Below, piece by piece: positions 62,328 through 64,000 of a stretch of DNA of 64,000 bases. The translations under genes and the position numbers were made by a program. The notes beneath the pieces were generated by a model. It worked only from the letters and a program-made list of their open reading frames with translations, searched no databases and was not told the origin of the DNA. The DNA comes from a virus. Position 1 is the first letter of the stretch; every line of letters begins with the position of its first letter. The stretch spans positions 32,001 through 96,000 of the IMG/VR virus record IMGVR_UViG_3300045988_072028; one strand, written 5' to 3'.

Positions 62328-62940
62328 TTTTCTTAGTCTTTTTACGTTTCTTAGATTTCTTCTTCTCCTCAGTTTTATTCTCGACATTTACGTCATTGCC
62401 GGCATCGGTACCAGTAACCTCAGAGATATTATTTTCAGGTATATCGATATGACCTGAATTAGGGTCCATCTTATCCTCCTCAACAATAACCTCATCAGAC
62501 ACATCACCATCTAAAGCCTCAGGATCAATATGATTTTCCAGATACTGGATACGATCTGACATAGCCTTATTTTGCTCCTCTATTTCCTTGTACCTTCTTC
62601 TAGCCTCATCGAGTAATTTAGATGATAGTTTATGTTTCTTCTCGATATCCATATAAGCCCTTTTAAGAGTCTCTTTATCTTTCACCGACTCATTATATAG
62701 CTCTCTTGATTTACTAAGCTCATTCCCCATCTTAACGATATGAGAATCCTTGGATTCTATATCCATATCAAGAGAATCCACAAGCGTATTAAGATATCTT
62801 TCTTTTTCCTCCAATTCCGTTATCTTACTACGAGCATCCTCATAATTTCTTTTTAATCTACTTGAATAACTAATAGCCTCATCAAGATCCTGTTTTAGAG
62901 TATTTATATAACTACTCTTTACTATCTTCAATCCGAACAT
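62320..62940 (-). CDS. coiled-coil protein with Lys-rich C-terminal tail
   Basis: Heptad-like charged sequence ending in KTEEKKKSKKRKKTKKNE. Confidence 0.55.
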   Translation of the reverse strand: MFGLKIVKSSYINTLKQDLDEAISYSSRLKRNYEDARSKITELEEKERYLNTLVDSLDMDIESKDSHIVKMGNELSKSRELYNESVKDKETLKRAYMDIEKKHKLSSKLLDEARRRYKEIEEQNKAMSDRIQYLENHIDPEALDGDVSDEVIVEEDKMDPNSGHIDIPENNISEVTGTDAGNDVNVENKTEEKKKSKKRKKTKKNE

Positions 62941-63460
62941 CTTTATTACTGTTATAAGTTCTACGAATATCGGCCTTTATCTTGCCGACTATAATTAACT
63001 CAGCTATATGCTTATCTTTCTCGACTATAGCTATATCCTTACGGACATTAGTGACTCTGATCGTAATATTCTCGTTATTAGAGAAAACGAACGGTGATCC
63101 TACCAAAGTGAGGCCTGTATCGTTGGTGAACGATGGCAGCATCATAACCATCCCGACAGTATCATCCGGGAACGACGCCGATATGCCTGTGTCTATATCA
63201 AGAACATCACCTTGACCCAACGGGAAGGCATTACCTTGCTTGATAGGAATATCCTTTCCCAATGAGTTCCATGCCTTAGAGAATTTTAAAGAGTTGAGAA
63301 AAATTTTACCATCTTTCTCAACTATCCCTACCATTGGATCGCAATTCATGTGAACCTCATCAAGCTTATCATCCGGTTTTTCCTCAAATTCGTCAAGATC
63401 TCTGGCTGATGTAAATGACTTACTCTCCAGAAGTTTTTTGATATCTTCAATCGTAGCCAT
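62912..63460 (-). CDS. degenerate dUTPase-fold (dUTPase/dCTP deaminase superfamily-like) protein
   Basis: LDIDTGISASFPDD, MMLPSFTND and KHIAELIIV parallel dUTPase motifs 1, 2 and 4. Motif 3 (ID--Y-G) and motif 5 (RG--GFGS) are absent. Confidence 0.4.
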   Translation of the reverse strand: MATIEDIKKLLESKSFTSARDLDEFEEKPDDKLDEVHMNCDPMVGIVEKDGKIFLNSLKFSKAWNSLGKDIPIKQGNAFPLGQGDVLDIDTGISASFPDDTVGMVMMLPSFTNDTGLTLVGSPFVFSNNENITIRVTNVRKDIAIVEKDKHIAELIIVGKIKADIRRTYNSNKDVRIEDSKE

Positions 63461-63461
63461 A

Positions 63462-63737
63462 CTATAATTTTATTATTAAATAAACGATCTTCAATCCTAA
63501 CTTCAAATCAGATGTCTTTTCGAACATCTCCCTAAGAGGTAAGATAGTAGCGTCAAGATCTGACGCTACCCATTCTCCATCCTTATAATACATATTCTTT
63601 TCCTCGGAATACGCTACACAAGGTCGATGCCCTAAGTTCTTCATAACCGTATCTACCTTATTTTGGGTAGGCATCGAGACACGGTTCACTTTAGTAGATA
63701 TATTAAAATTACTTTCCATTAAATTATTCATTTTCAA
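63462..63737 (-). CDS. hypothetical protein
   Basis: Packed same-strand ORF. Confidence 0.5.
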   Translation of the reverse strand: MKMNNLMESNFNISTKVNRVSMPTQNKVDTVMKNLGHRPCVAYSEEKNMYYKDGEWVASDLDATILPLREMFEKTSDLKLGLKIVYLIIKL

Positions 63738-63745
63738 TTAGTTAA

Positions 63746-64000
63746 TCAAAAAGGTAGGTCACTATCGTCTCCAAAAGGAGGATATTGAGGAGGTTGTTGC
63801 TGACCTCCAAAAGAAGGAGCTTGGGCTGTCTGAGGCGGAGCCTGCTGGTATGATGGAGGAGGCGTTTGCGATGGAGCCTGCGTAGCGTATGACGGTGGGG
63901 GCGTTTGCGTTATAGCCTCACCAGCGTTGTTTTGGCTTGGAGACTGAACCGGTCTCACGCCATCCGCTTTAATACTTTGGATATATTTATTAAGTACCTG
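63746..64000 (-). CDS. ssb: single-stranded DNA-binding protein, C-terminal part (5' end outside the window)
   Basis: Gln/Pro-rich linker ending in the acidic tip GDDSDLPF, typical of SSB tails. The frame stays open to the window edge beyond the GTG at 63958. Confidence 0.55.
   Translation of the reverse strand, partial: QVLNKYIQSIKADGVRPVQSPSQNNAGEAITQTPPPSYATQAPSQTPPPSYQQAPPQTAQAPSFGGQQQPPQYPPFGDDSDLPF

Noticed and set aside
1-64000. Alternative genetic code (TAG or TGA reassignment), as reported for some crAss-like lineages.
   Set aside because: Long intact ORFs, including the 2148-aa gene and all recognisable enzymes, read through under the standard code. Neither tRNA has a suppressor anticodon.
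1-64000. Integrated prophage or a lysogeny module.
   Set aside because: No integrase, excisionase, CI-like repressor, att-like flanks or host genes are visible in the window. Only an antirepressor-like gene hints at temperate-phage biology.

Overview
This window looks like part of a large, AT-rich dsDNA phage genome infecting a Bacteroidota host, probably a crAss-like podophage. That assignment is inference. It rests on BACON-like tail proteins, exact TAnnTTTG -7 promoter boxes, a DUF4494-like protein, a 2148-aa giant virion-type protein, and the replication gene set. Layout: (1) 1-13.9 kb, plus strand, holds late and structural genes: a repeat-rich tail fibre, two BACON-like proteins, small genes, the giant ORF, then an AntA/KilAC-type antirepressor. 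(2) 14-54.7 kb, minus strand, is one tightly packed block of replication, nucleotide-metabolism and small unknown genes. Recognisable products are two HAD phosphatases, a DnaQ-like exonuclease, a solitary TnpB, two orphan DNA methyltransferases, a DUF5664-type dNTP pyrophosphohydrolase-like protein, a DHH phosphoesterase, an SF2 helicase, a Cas4-like nuclease, a tandem acyl-carrier-protein-like pair, a DnaB-like helicase, a Toprim primase and a lytic transglycosylase. (3) 54.0-58.3 kb is a very unusual low-coding region. It contains a family of GC-rich intergenic elements, five exactly phased 20-bp tandem repeats, a dense ATACG/TACG motif cluster, palindromes and G/C homopolymers. (4) 57.6-58.9 kb is a three-gene plus-strand island. 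(5) 58.9-64 kb, minus strand, carries dUTPase, two tRNAs (Arg-CCU, Met/Ile2-CAU), a papain-like C1 peptidase, a lipoprotein, a degenerate dUTPase-fold paralogue and the 3' end of an SSB gene. No capsid, portal, terminase, DNA polymerase, integrase, reverse transcriptase or CRISPR array is visible. The most interesting items are the repeat-rich non-coding region (candidate origin, early-promoter region or genome terminus), the phage-borne TnpB with no TnpA, the ACP-like pair with an apparent frameshift, and 9-nt homopolymers abutting promoter-like boxes. All functional calls come from motif recognition by eye; no database search was run.
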